Part shown: positions 37,201 to 49,551 of the stretch, one piece after another
Numbering within the stretch: position 1 is the first letter of the stretch
Layout: every line of letters begins with the position of its first letter
Made by a program: the position numbers and the translations under genes
Assembly (NCBI GenBank): GCA_023920165.1
Contig: CP089276.1
Location: 3,658,001 to 3,722,000, forward strand
Direction: 5' to 3'
Length of the DNA: 64,000 nt
Source of the DNA: Curvularia clavata
Taxonomy: Eukaryota
The notes under the pieces: generated by a model
What the model saw: only the letters and a program-made list of their open reading frames with translations
What the model was told of the DNA's origin: nothing
Databases searched by the model: none

Positions 37201-39482
37201 GATAGGATACGCAGGGATGGGCCTGGCAGTCGAGCGAGCCGAGGTGGGACCAGATCCGGTTGTCGCAGGCTGCTGCAGCGACTCGGAAGCTAGCGCTTAT
37301 TGACATCATTGAAGGGAGCTTGGCCTCATCGATGACTTGCTGCAGGAATCAGCCCATGTCTGAATTTGCGCCCAGGGAGGGTAGGCACAGGGTATGTGCG
37401 GGAGACCAGCATGTCCTTGTCGCGAGTCTGACATATCGCCTGGGATGGTACGGCCCACGTCGTCTCATGATTAAAGCCGGCAAGTATCGAGCCAATCAGC
37501 GATTTTGCGCCGCCTGTCAGAAATGCCGCTTATGCAGTAACGTTCGCAACTGAAAACTCGGCTGGAGAAATGGGCATTTCAAAGCACGAGTGAAGAGTTA
37601 GTCATTTGGCACATGGCTGGCGACATTGGTGCCCGTGTCATGACTTCTGAATGAGATCACGTACGTTCATGGGTGCTCGGGTTCGGCAGCCGTCTTTGCT
37701 TCGAATTTCCCGATACGAAACAAGCACCCTGGTCAGCTGGATTACCGTACAAGTTGGGGGATCCGACACCCTCCCAGGCTGGCATCGCAGCGACCCTCAA
37801 GGGCAGGCAGCGGGAAGCAAGGTCGAGGGGCCCAGGCGATCTTCGCACCGCGTTCGTGGCTTGGGGTTTTGAGATCCACAGATTACCTACATGGCAAATG
37901 TATGTAGTTTGTACGTGGTCTGTAGACTCGTCGTTGCTAAAGGCTAGCCGCGACGAGCCATTATCTTGCAGTCGACTCACATTTGCCGGTGCAAGAGTCA
38001 TCAACGATAGTGGCCTAGACTTCTTACCACGGCCCTAGCCTCATTTGCGCGAGAGTGTCTGTGGGTAGAGACTTGATCGCATTCTTTTGCAAAGATTGTT
38101 GCGACCACGAGCTTACCTGCCGATCACTACCCAACGTGTCTAGCACAAGGTCATGATGCTCGATAAGCAGTAAATCTCCCGATACACAGCGACTGGGGTG
38201 ATGATGCCTTGGTTTCCGTTTTCCAGCAAGACAGATAAGGCAGGTCTGAAAGATACTGTGTTCCTGTAATCCACAGATGCATAGCGGGGCGAATCGGGGC
38301 TACGCGGTAGTCGACGCAGCGGGCAGTAGTGGTGGTGTGCAGTGTTTTTTTTTTTCCTTTCAGAATTTAGCGCTAAGCAGGAGGCCAACGGGACGAGTCG
38401 GATCCATGTGCGGAAGCATCGCACAGCTTGTCCATTGTGATCGTCGACCGTTATTGAGCAGGCCTGCACCCCTGCTTCCCGCGGGTGGACAACGGTCATA
38501 ACCAGAGTCAGGTATTCAGGCGTCTCCATGGCCTGTCAGCGACGCTTCCGTACGCAACGGCCAGCCAAGCCTGCCAACGGCGCGGGTATCCAACAAAAAC
38601 AAGCCAGGCAGCTAGCGAGGGCGCTGGTAGAGGTGGTGTACTACCCAGGATTCGAATGCGTGGTGGGACAAGGGGGAGCAAGCGACGCCGCGCACGAGTC
38701 GGTTGTCGAGCCAAAGCAGCTGACGGTTTTTAGCTGCACGTCGCCCGTCAGCCCGTGTTTTGCGCTACAGTGCGGAGGAGCAGAAACGAGCAGCCGTCGC
38801 AAGTGGACTATGAAGAGAAAGCCGATGTAACACGGCATGCGTGCCAAAAGTCGCTTATAAGATCGACAAGAGAATTTCCACATGTCGTGCAACTACTGCA
38901 AGCATGGCCGGCCGTCAATGCGTCCAAAGGCGCCGTGGCGGACCAAGTGTTGAATGCGTTCAGGGAGAGTTCGGCGTGCACAAAAGCAACGGCAATTATC
39001 GTTGTCGAGTGCAGAGAGAGGTGTGCGAGATGAGCTCAGGCTGACGGCTTCGGATGCATGTCCGGCGGCGTGCGCCAGCCATGTGTGTGCCGCTGTTGCA
39101 CTCGCTTTGTGTAGTGCCCGACAAGTATATGGAGAGATCAAGCGGCGTTGGAATAGAGTTGATGTTCGCTCGGTACCTGACCTATCTCCCTGGTCATGAG
39201 CAAGGCCAGCAAGCATGCTCGCGCGCGCGCCCCCCAGGGTTTCTCCGCACTGCGAACGCCTCGCTCGGAACATTTACGAACCCAGGTCCCATGTCCGCGA
39301 TCGCGACAGGGAGGGGTTGTTCGCGACATGGGACGGCGCGCGCAATGTTTCCCATGGAACCCGTTTCTCGAAGCCTGTCAACCACAAAAGACACAGAAGG
39401 CGAACCTGCGTTAGTCTTGGGAGCAGTGCAGTGCTCAGGGCGGCTATCGGCACCAAGACGACGGCAGCCCAAAAAAACAAAA

Positions 39483-39518
39483 AGCAGCAGCAGTAGTAGC
39501 AGCAGCAGCAGGAGCAGC
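39483..39518 (+). repeat. Imperfect (AGC/AGT)n trinucleotide repeat
   Basis: agcagcagcagtagtagcagcagcagcaggagcagc. Confidence 0.8.
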
Positions 39519-41245
39519 CTCGAGACGGGTAATGAGGGAAAAGGGGACGCGCGAAGCAGTTAATGCACCGAGACGGGACTCTGTTGTCGGGTCTAGCGTT
39601 GCTGCAGACTGGAATTGAATCTGCTGTTGAAATGGGCTTCGGCGGCTATTCGCCCCCATTGTTGCAGCAAATGTTTCTTCAGGCGTAGTGCGCGTGCTCA
39701 GCATTAATGCCAATTTAACTTATCATAGGAACATAACAGGCGATACTATTCCCATAGCCGCATGACCGGGAGTTTGCGGACGGACAGGGCTGACGGGGGG
39801 CTGGCATGAATGGAGATGGGCCGAAGACGATGGACGCAGCAACGCCCACGCTCCTGTTCCCCGTGAGGTGAGGCCAGATGTTTGTGAGGTCGGTGCCATG
39901 GTTCCGCAGACGAGGGTTGGGAGATGCAGCGTCCCAGGGCCGATCAGCGGCGGTGGGAGCAGGCAGCCCATGACGCTGCTCCCGAGAAGCATTGCCGCGA
40001 GCAGCATCGCGTGGCCGATCTCGAGTGCGGTAGATGGGGGAGGGTGGATGGTGCGGGCGCGCATCGGCCAGTGGGCGCGGGCGACGTTGGAGCAGGCCGT
40101 GGTGGGTGGCTTTTTTGGAACAGGCTCGTTCTTTGGCTCACCGGCGGCAGCAGCCAATCAGCAGCTAGCAGGTGGGGCAGTCAGGTAGTGCAACTGCTAA
40201 AACGGTCGACTAGCGGCGGTGAATTGGACTCGAGAACAGGGCACGCCAGAGGCCACACACAGGACGCGGCAAAACTGTGGGAGAATAGGCCAGTGACGCG
40301 TACGGTAGGGCCGCGGAGGGGGCAAGCTGCGATCTGAGGGCGAGGATGGCACGTCTGTCTGCAGGGGCGAAATGAAGAGAGGGCGGAAGCAGCAGGTCGC
40401 ATGGTGCATGGCTATAGCAGGGCCGGGGCTTAGTTGGTATGAGGCCGGGAGTAAGGTAAGGGAAGTACCGTGGGGTCGCAACTGCCATGCACAGCTGCCC
40501 GCCTGCCCATCCATCTCGAAGGATTTAGCCGAGCGGACAGGGCGAGGGGGGCAGGCGGCAGCCACACAGCCCAGGCCATGCGCCTGCCCTCGACGCGGTG
40601 CATGGCAAGAGCGAAGCAGCGCAGCGCAGGGCAGAGAAAGAAAGGAAAGAGCGCATCTGGCGTGACGCAACGGGCGAAAATAAGGATCAAAATAGAAGGA
40701 GGGCGCCGCCGCCGCCTTGACCGCCCAGTCTGCCTTCCCCACCCGCTGGCGTTGCTGCCCGCCACCGGCTGCGACGCGTCGCGCTCAGCAAGACGAGCAG
40801 GTCACGTGCGACGCCGGAAGATGCGACGCCGCCTGTGTGCCACGCTCCGCACGCTGCCCTCGCAGCACACGGACGGCGCAACCCCCCCTGCGCGCGACAC
40901 AACGAGGGCATTCGGCGGCGATCCTTACTCGCGCCTCGCGCCCGCGGCTTGGGCGGTCGAAACAGGACCTGTGTCCGAGCGTGCAGCAGTAGGCAGGCCA
41001 GGGACAAGGCCGGCGTCGGGAGGCGTGCTAGCGGTTCCAGGTTGATTTAACGACCGGCCGTCTCCACCCTGCTCGCACTCTCTCACACGCCCAGGCCGTC
41101 GCCGTGACTAGTGCCGTCCGCTCTGCGCCTGAAATTGCGCAGGCGACGCTACTGCATCTCGTCGCAATCCTCGTCCATCGCAGCAACGCCCGGACCCTCG
41201 CTGCTCGGATCCTTCACGTCGACTTACCACCGCGCAATCACAACA

Positions 41246-44200
41246 ATGTCGCAGCCAAAAATCCCAGATAGGGCCCGCAACTATAAGGAAGACCAGGCGC
41301 CGGTAGCGTCGCAGAAAATGGTGAGTCGACTCTTGCTCCTTGCTGCTTGCACGTCCACCCCTACCGCACCACCCTCGCTCCCGCATCCCATCCACTCGCT
41401 CGCTTCTCTCGCAACCCCGTCGCCCCAGCTGCTGCTGCTGCATCCTCGACCGTTGGTGTTTCGACCGTCGCGCCTCTGAAGCCGCCTACTGTCCTGTCCT
41501 CATCCCCCAAAACCGTCGCGCCCGTTGGCAGCTTCATCCTCGCTTTTTTTGCATACTGCAGCAGCCACAATCGCCGCCTCCCCTCACCGCACGCACACGC
41601 ACGCACAAACTCTCAACCACCTTGACCCCAGCTGCGGCGCCTTTTTTGGCCTACATGGTACGCCCTTCCCGCCAAGCTGCCCTGCTCTCCAACTACACCC
41701 CTCCCCCCTGTCCAAGCGACTGTCGCTTTCCTGGTCTGCTCTGAAGCCAGTCCGCCGCCTCTTGTCACGCAACGGCCAGCAGCGGCACCCCGGTCAAGAG
41801 CGTAGTAGCCCTACCTCTCCACCGCAACTCTGCGCTGTCTGCTCCATCCTGCCAAATCTCTCGCCCTGCCCTTCATTAGCCTGCCCTCCCCTTCCACGCC
41901 TATAAACTATACCCTACCCTCCTGCCCTTCTTCCAGGCCCTGCCCCTCGCCTAGGTCCTGTTGCAGCACATCACTGCCCCTACCTACACCCTAGCCTACC
42001 AGCCAACCACCGCCTCCCCACTTAACCCCCCCACCAACTACTAAGCTTCTTGCTGCCACTCCCTGCACCGATCACCATCACGCTTGCTTTTCGACCTGTC
42101 TTCTTTACTTTTTTGGGAGCTTTTTATTTATCTTTTTTATCTTCTTACCTACTATCTGCACCTGCAGCCTTACTGACCTGGTCTTGTGTTGCAGCATCAC
42201 CCACACTCGGCGCAGGGCTTGCCACCGCCAAATCATCTTCCGGTGCACCATCCTAGGCCCGGCGTTGTTCATCAACACCAGCAGCACCACCCCGAGTCTC
42301 CCCATCAGTCGGTGCCTTCTCAGAGCCCGGCACAGGCACACTATCCGTCGCCGCAACACCCAACCCCCCAAGGTCCTCCTCAGCACCAATCGCCCTACAT
42401 CCAGCAGATCCAAGGACAGCAAGGACCACCGCCACCACCACCGCCGCAACCCCAGCCTCCGCAACAGCAGCAGCAACCGCAGCAACCACAGCAGGAGGTA
42501 CCTTATTATTCGCAGCACCACCCTAGCCCGTACAGCACAAACAGTGCACCAAGCAACTACTCCTCGTCAGGTATGTTCTGATTGTTTGCTTCTTCTCGCC
42601 TTTCAGCTCCGAGGTGTCCATTGTCAATGCACATGTGCATGCGCGCTCAAGTGTGCGTGCGCCGCCGTTCTTCATGACGATTAGACCTGGATGTCCCCCG
42701 CTGTATCTTCCATCAAAATAAACGCGTTGACCTGTACTGACCTGTCCCCAGAAACCCCAGAGCTCATGGCGGCCGCAACGATGAATCGGGGCGGATACCC
42801 ACCCATCTCATACCACACCCCGCAATCAAACTCGCCTGCTTCTGTTCAATCGCCTCAGCATGACCAGCATGGAAGGCCCATCTACGGACAACCGCCCAGC
42901 CAGATGCCTCAGTCCATGTACTACACTCCCTATGCCTCGGCGCCAGTTCCTCAGCAGTCACCTTACCAACAGCATCCTTCGAGTGCGCCTCAGCAGCCAA
43001 TGGCGACGCAGTCACTTCTCATGTCTCACCAGCAAAACCAGCAGATGCAACACCAGCACCAGCACCATCCTCAGACTCCAGGCATGAGCGGAAGCCCCAA
43101 GCCACGAATGTCACAGACGCCACTCCAGAGGCCACCATCGGGATTGGGCCCGCCTCAAGCTGCGCCCCAAGGTCCTCCCGTCGGTACTCCAAACATGCAT
43201 GCTGGCCCCCCAGGAGGACCCAACGTCAACCCCAATGCTGCACCTGGCCCCATTCCTGCAACCACTCCTCTGGTTGTTCGTCAAGATCAGAATGGTGTTC
43301 AGTGGATCGCATTCGAGTACTCTCGCGATAGGGTCAAGATGGAGTACACGATCCGTTGCGATGTCGAGTCGGTCAATGTTGATGAGCTTCCTCAAGACTT
43401 CAAGACTGAGAACTGCGTCTATCCTCGCGCCTGCTGCGCCAAGGATCAGTACAAGGGAAACCGTCTCCACTACGAGACCGAGTGCAACACAGTTGGCTGG
43501 GCCCTTGCCCAACTCAACCCTTGCCTGCGCGGAAAGCGTGGTCTCATTCAACGTGCTGTTGACAGCTGGCGCAACAGCAATCAAGACCCGCGCCTGAGGA
43601 GTCGTCGCGTGCGCAGAATGGCCAAGATGACCACGAGGAAAGCCCAAACGGCTACACATGGTAACCACATGGCTGGACCAGGTGGACCAGGTGCACCTGG
43701 GGTTCCCAACTCGGCCGGACTAACTGCACCACCCCGACCAAACATGGGCATGGGTGGCCCCCAGATGCATCATCACCATGATGGGCCAGGAGGGCCTCAC
43801 GGAGGACCGGATGATGTTAGCGGTATGTTTCACCAGATGTGATGTGATAAAGCGTAATTTGTTGGTTGTTGTTGTTGTTAAATGATACCTCTTGTCGTTC
43901 TTTCGCTGCATGTACATTATTACACTCTTTGATGTAATACCCCTTTCGATACCACCCTATGCATGTAATGCATCTACCCACACGCACACACATAGTCAGA
44001 TATGGTTGTTTTGTTATACGCAGGATGATTGGAAGACAAGTACGCGCCATTTGTTCGGACGTGCAAGCTAACTCTCTTTGTGTACAGCCAATGAATACGG
44101 TGAATCTCACACTCATCACCACCAAGCGCCCAATGGTCAGCAGTCATCACCATCCGACGTGCGCACCACGCAGAACTTTTACCCCAGCTTCCCCTCCAGC

Positions 44201-44972
44201 GATTCAGCTGCAGGAACAAGCGGTATGCCACCAATTCACGACGGATTGAGCCACCCTCCACCCCCACCTCATGCATCCGGCGTGGCAGTCTCAAAGCAGC
44301 AGGAGCAAGACGATGAAGAACGCAAACTTGCCATTTTCGGCGACTTACCGGACTCGAAGCGCCGCAAGTTCATCCTAGTTGATGATGCGCAACGAGGAAC
44401 AAGGGTTCGTGTACGAGTCACTCTTGACACCGTCAAGATGGAGGAAATGCCCGACTCGTACCGAAAGTCTAACTCAGTCTTCCCGCGCAGCTACTTTGCC
44501 ATGCAAATGACTTCTCCACCTGCAAGCCCTCGTGGTAGCAAGGTGTTTGCCGATGAGGCTGACGTCGAAGACGACCCCAGCTTTCCCCTGGCTGGATCTA
44601 CCATTGTCCCAGTGCCAACGCTCGATGGCGAAGCCCGTGTTCCCAAGCCGCGGCTTACTCGTTCGAAGCGATCCAAGGAAATCACGCTCAATGACCTTGG
44701 ATACCGGATGAGCTGGAGCCAGAGCCGTGTGTTCGCAGGAAGGACATTGTTTCTACAGAAGTCTCGTAAGTAACTAGTTGTATCCGTGTCACTAGACAAT
44801 AGACTAACCTGTGATAGTGGATGCTTATCGCAACAAGATGCGAAGCAGCATGATGGGCCAAGGTCAAGACGTGACTCAAGTTGCTCCGCACTTTGAGACC
44901 CGCGTCGGAAAGAGACGTTGGAACGAGAGAATCGAGAGGGTCAAGAAATTGAGGCGCGAGGGCTCTCCTTAA
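41246..44972 (+). CDS. Uncharacterised Q/P/H-rich protein with two diverged copies of a basic domain (putative regulator); exons 41246-41320, 42195-42570, 42752-43822, 44088-44765, 44818-44972 (784 aa)
   Basis: Strong start context CACAACAATG. Donors GTGAGT/GTATGT/GTATGT/GTAAGT with TACTGAC or CTAAC branch sites. All junction phases are consistent and the total CDS is 2355 nt. Confidence 0.8.
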
Positions 44973-46175
44973 GAAGTATCCGGCCGCATCACCGAAATTG
45001 ATGCCCTGGTTGCAAGTAGCCGCTATCCTGACCCACTTCCTCGGCACTTGCAGGGTGCCCCTACGAACGACCGGGGCTGACCACCCTTTTTCCCAACCCG
45101 GTACTGAATCCTTCGCCATTAACCCGGCCGTTGTTCTCAACCAGGTTTCACGTCGGCTGCTTTAGGTTTCAGACCGCTGTCGCCTGTTAGCCAACGTCTG
45201 TTTCCTTTTTGAGCATCCCCCAGCTGCCCCATGCGTTTGTAGCTGTCGAGCAGTGCTTTTGATACCCGTCTGCAAGTTATGACCTCTTGCGACATTCCCA
45301 GCCCTGTCTCTTCACGTCTCTCCTCTCATCCACTGTTTGTTGGAAACGGTGTGTCTTCTTTGTGCATACGAGTCCTGTCGGCGCTTATGGTAAACAAAAA
45401 AATGGAGGGAAGCTAGGGACAAAGGAAAGCATTGAAAAAGCATGACTCGGAGCATGCACATGGCACCAGATGGAGTTTATCTGTTTGTTATGATTGTTTT
45501 GTCTTCGGATAAGTTTTATGCTGCAAGTGTTATTACTATTAGTATTATTTTGGAATTATGGTTAGATTATATGAGCTGATAAATGGTACTGTTTGAACGC
45601 ATATATAACTAGACATGCTTTGTTAATCCTACTTTCTTCTCTCATCGAGGTCGAGGAGAACACGGGAGAGAGCAGGTGTCTCTGCTGTGTTATCTATCTA
45701 CCGCAAAAAAAAAAGCATGCATTCCCCAGGAACCGCTCGTAATGCATCACGAGTCAAAATCTCAAAAGGTGGCCTGATTCCCTGATTCTTCGGCCGCAAC
45801 CTTAAATGAAGGTAGGGGTAATTGTAAAGAAGCAAAAAAGAGTACGAAGGCACCTCTTGCTTACATGGAATGACTGTCATCTACACATGCACGCTTGAGC
45901 AACAGAACGCTCAATGCATACTCAATCTTTTTTCTTACAGACGAACAGACAGACAGACCACCCGTTCCCTCTCATCTTCCTCCTCCCTACCTACCTACCT
46001 ACCCACGTGGACACGGGCACGCCTGGTGGGAGCACGCGGGATATGGTGAGGAATACACCATGTACCCAGCAAACTTCGCGTATACGAACTGAGTGCGTTG
46101 TAGGGAAGAACCCTGTTACGCCTGACATGTATGTGGGTCCCGACCGTTGAGATATGGAACCTTGATTGTCTGGTT

Positions 46176-46197
46176 CCCCCCCCCCCCCCTTTTTTTG
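46176..46197 (+). repeat. Poly(C)14 followed by poly(T); other homopolymers and (CCTA)n nearby
   Basis: Seen directly in the gene-free region downstream of the 41-45 kb gene. Confidence 0.8.
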
Positions 46198-49100
46198 TGT
46201 GCGTGCCTTACTTGCGCTATCTACTTGTGTGCGCGTGTTGCAAGACTGGCGTTTTTTTTTTTTAAAAAAAATTGTCCGTTTGGCTGGGGATGTGCGCATG
46301 GGTCCTCTGAACTGGTTTACCGGCAAGGGTTGTCTGCAAGGTGAGGGAACGGTAGAGGGAACGGCAACAGCGGATGCAAACGGATGCAAGTTCCCATGAT
46401 CTCACTTTGTTCCCATATTAGGCTTTCTTGGGGGTGCGAGAGATAGAAGTATATCCCTGCTTATTATCGTATTCAGATATATCACCTTGCCGATGCCTAC
46501 AGTAGATACTAGTGCTTAAGGGGCAGTACATGGATTCTTGGTATTGGATATGTTAGAGTGTAGGAGAAAGAGAGCGGCACGACTGTCTCTTTTTTGCCTC
46601 AGTTTTTTTGGCGCGACAGTCGGCAGTTGGGATGGGACATGTACCGTTGAGGTGATTAGAAGGGGGAACCATGACTTAGGACAATTATTGTTGCTAGGAG
46701 TGGAGTATGAGGATCTTTGCCTCAAAGATCATTAGTAAGGTTGTGAGAGATGATGACCTCGTAAACCGGGGGTAATCATTTCGTGGTCTAGATCGGGAGA
46801 TTCTTCCCTTTCCATGATTTTTTCTTTTGTGTTCTGGATAGAGAGAGATTGAGGTCCGGGCACGTTCGGAGGATTACCGGCTGATGTATGTGTGCCTGGG
46901 TCCGACCATGTTTGAGCGAATATTCATCATTCGAACATGTATTTTTACTAGCGTAGGCAACTGATGAGCAAGACTTGAAACCATCTAAACGCGAAGGGAG
47001 AAGTGATTCGCCTGCGCAAGCTTTCTCTTGGCCTGGATTGACCTTGCTGACCAATGTCTTACTCTCCGCTTGTCTTTCTTCATACGGCTCACTCTTGGGC
47101 TCCTTGTCCCTGTTCGCTTTCCTTCTTCTCTCTTTACTTCTGTCGCGATCTTCCTGCCTAGTTATGTATGAGACGCGTCGCATGATTGCCTTTCGTGATA
47201 CTAGGAGTATCGCAGACATGCCATCGCGTTAGGGCCTCGCTTCGCCGTCATCGTGATTCAGATATCGTGCCAGTCCCCATGCGACACAATGCCGGATCGG
47301 CGAGTTTAATAGCCGCTGTCACAAACGGGGCTAAGAAGAAGCTGCAGCAGGAAAAAAAAGGGCCATTTGAGTTGCGCCGAAGAACCAGCGTTCGGCCAAC
47401 AAATCCCTATCTTTTCATTCGCTCCGAAGCAACCGGTATAATGATGCGAGTTCCCACACCTTTTTTCTCGCTTGGCAAATGACGCGTTGCTGCTTTGCGA
47501 CCCCATCGCCGAACCATTGCCTAGTGTACAGTAGTGCGCCCGTTGGGAAAAAACGGTCTTCCCGGATACAACCCCTGTCCCCCCATACAACATCGCGTAG
47601 AGCCTGCAGCGCGCATGCTTCTCTAGCATCAACCCACTGTCCCATATTAGCTGGTTCGTCGCATGCATGTTTCCGCTCTGCTGGAACGGTAATGGCGCTG
47701 TGGGGATGGAAAGAGCCTTTGGTCAGATTGAGAATGGTGAACGATGGATGGGCACAATGAGTTTGAAAAAGAAAAAAGTTGGCTCTGAAGGCCCTAATGT
47801 TCACACTAGCGCTTGGAAATTTGACGTCCAAGTTTCTTCTTTGAGAGCGTGGACTCGAGCGGCCGGTGAGACAGACTTGCCCCCACATGCAAGCAGAGCG
47901 AGTAAGCCTGTACGACAAAGGGGGCTCTCGGGGCCCGAGGACGTCGAAGGGAGAAGAAGCATGCTTTCTTGGGGCCAAAAAAGTCTGATAGACGTCTCGT
48001 GTTCTGTCTAGCCTGGCCTGTGAAGAGCTCGTGCCTGCAACGTACCGTCGTAAGGACGGTCGAGATAAACATGAGGAAGGTGATTGGAACTAGAGGCATG
48101 AGCCGAGAATGAAGTATCAAGAGAGCATCTGAAAGTGGCGGCCGCTGTTGGTATTACGGGCGTTGACCTTATCTTCCTCGAAAACTGGGCTGATGAGATC
48201 TGGATTACTATAGTTCTCGCTTCAACTTCAGAACTTCTGCTGAATATCAGAAGCGTTCATGAGTTGAGAGAGAAGGTCTGTGATGAGCTATGTGATGATT
48301 ATGAGTGCTTCCAAGAGATCTTGGGTCGTTGCCAATTGAACCTGGCATCGCTAGAGAGTCAAGCGTGACTCCTTGAGGATGGTGTCTGCATCCGATGACA
48401 AAGAGTCTTTCTGTGGGTGAATCGACTTGTCGCCGTGTTACTACAGATCAATACATACGAAACCAGGCTTGTGGTCCGCTGGAGGGTTCTTTGGGGCTGT
48501 CACAACGACTGTGGTGGAGTTTCCTGACTCTTCAGAGGTTCGTTGGTGAACTTCGTTCTACTAACATCCCTAACAGCACTACAGTTCCTGAATGATCATT
48601 GATATTTCTTGTCTGAATTTTACCATGATGCTTCTTTGTCACTTCATTAGAGTTACCTTGAAGGGCTTCTCCATCGCTAGGCTTTACTTGGATTGTCTCT
48701 GATTTCATATCGACGTACTCACAGAACTTGACTTCAGAATTTTAACTGTTCTCTGTAAGCCTTTCCCGTAGTCACTGTGCTGAACAGAGATTGAATCGAT
48801 CTTCTGAAAAGCTTAGCTCTGTAATGGGGCTGAAGTATCTCAACTTGGCGTCCTACTGAATGGATTGAACTGAAGTCAGTACTATCATTTACAGAAGAGC
48901 CTCATAATTAACCCCCGTATTGTGTTCTTGATCACTTTCGTGTGTCGCTCTTACGTTGCATGATTCTTCTTCTAATATAAGTATTTGATTATGTGGAATA
49001 GACACACAAGGCAACCAATGACCTTGGTTTGAGAACGAACAAGCAAGCCAGGATTTTGTTCAAGACGAAAAGTGGTAAGACGTAGATACATAGAGGCACG

Positions 49101-49551
49101 ATGCGAGATATTTAGGATAGACGAACGTATATTAAATCAGATACGCGATCAACAATCCAGAGCTGTCACACTCGTAATTGTGACACAACGCTTCGTTCAA
49201 TATTGCGTGTACTGACTCTGTGAATTTAAGAATAGAAGCGTTTGTTTCGATCTATCCTTATGCCATACATGGGCAGTTCTAGCAGATCTTGTCGAATATT
49301 TCCTTCTCCTTCGTAGCTTCTACGAGCATCCCTAGCATGCGACCCTATGTATTCTGCAAACTGGCTTCTTGGAACCCCATCTCACCGCCACGGATGGCCT
49401 ATGCAATTAATCCAGTATGACTCTGGTAGAGCATCTCAAACGGGTCCTCTTATGCAAATCCCCATGCGTCATCGACGTATTGGACGCGCACACGCGCTGT
49501 CGAAGCTGGGATTGAATCTGTAAACGATATCCATCTTCGAGCTCTCTTTCT

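Noticed and set aside
38900..41050. Many overlapping 100-190 aa Arg/Ala-rich ORFs
   Set aside because: GC-rich promoter sequence with few stop codons; no domain, codon bias or splice pattern.
49164..49185. Short inverted repeat TGTCACA-N8-TGTGACA, with a similar 8-bp one near 54385-54408
   Set aside because: 7-8 bp stems are expected by chance in 64 kb; no target-site duplication or MITE body.
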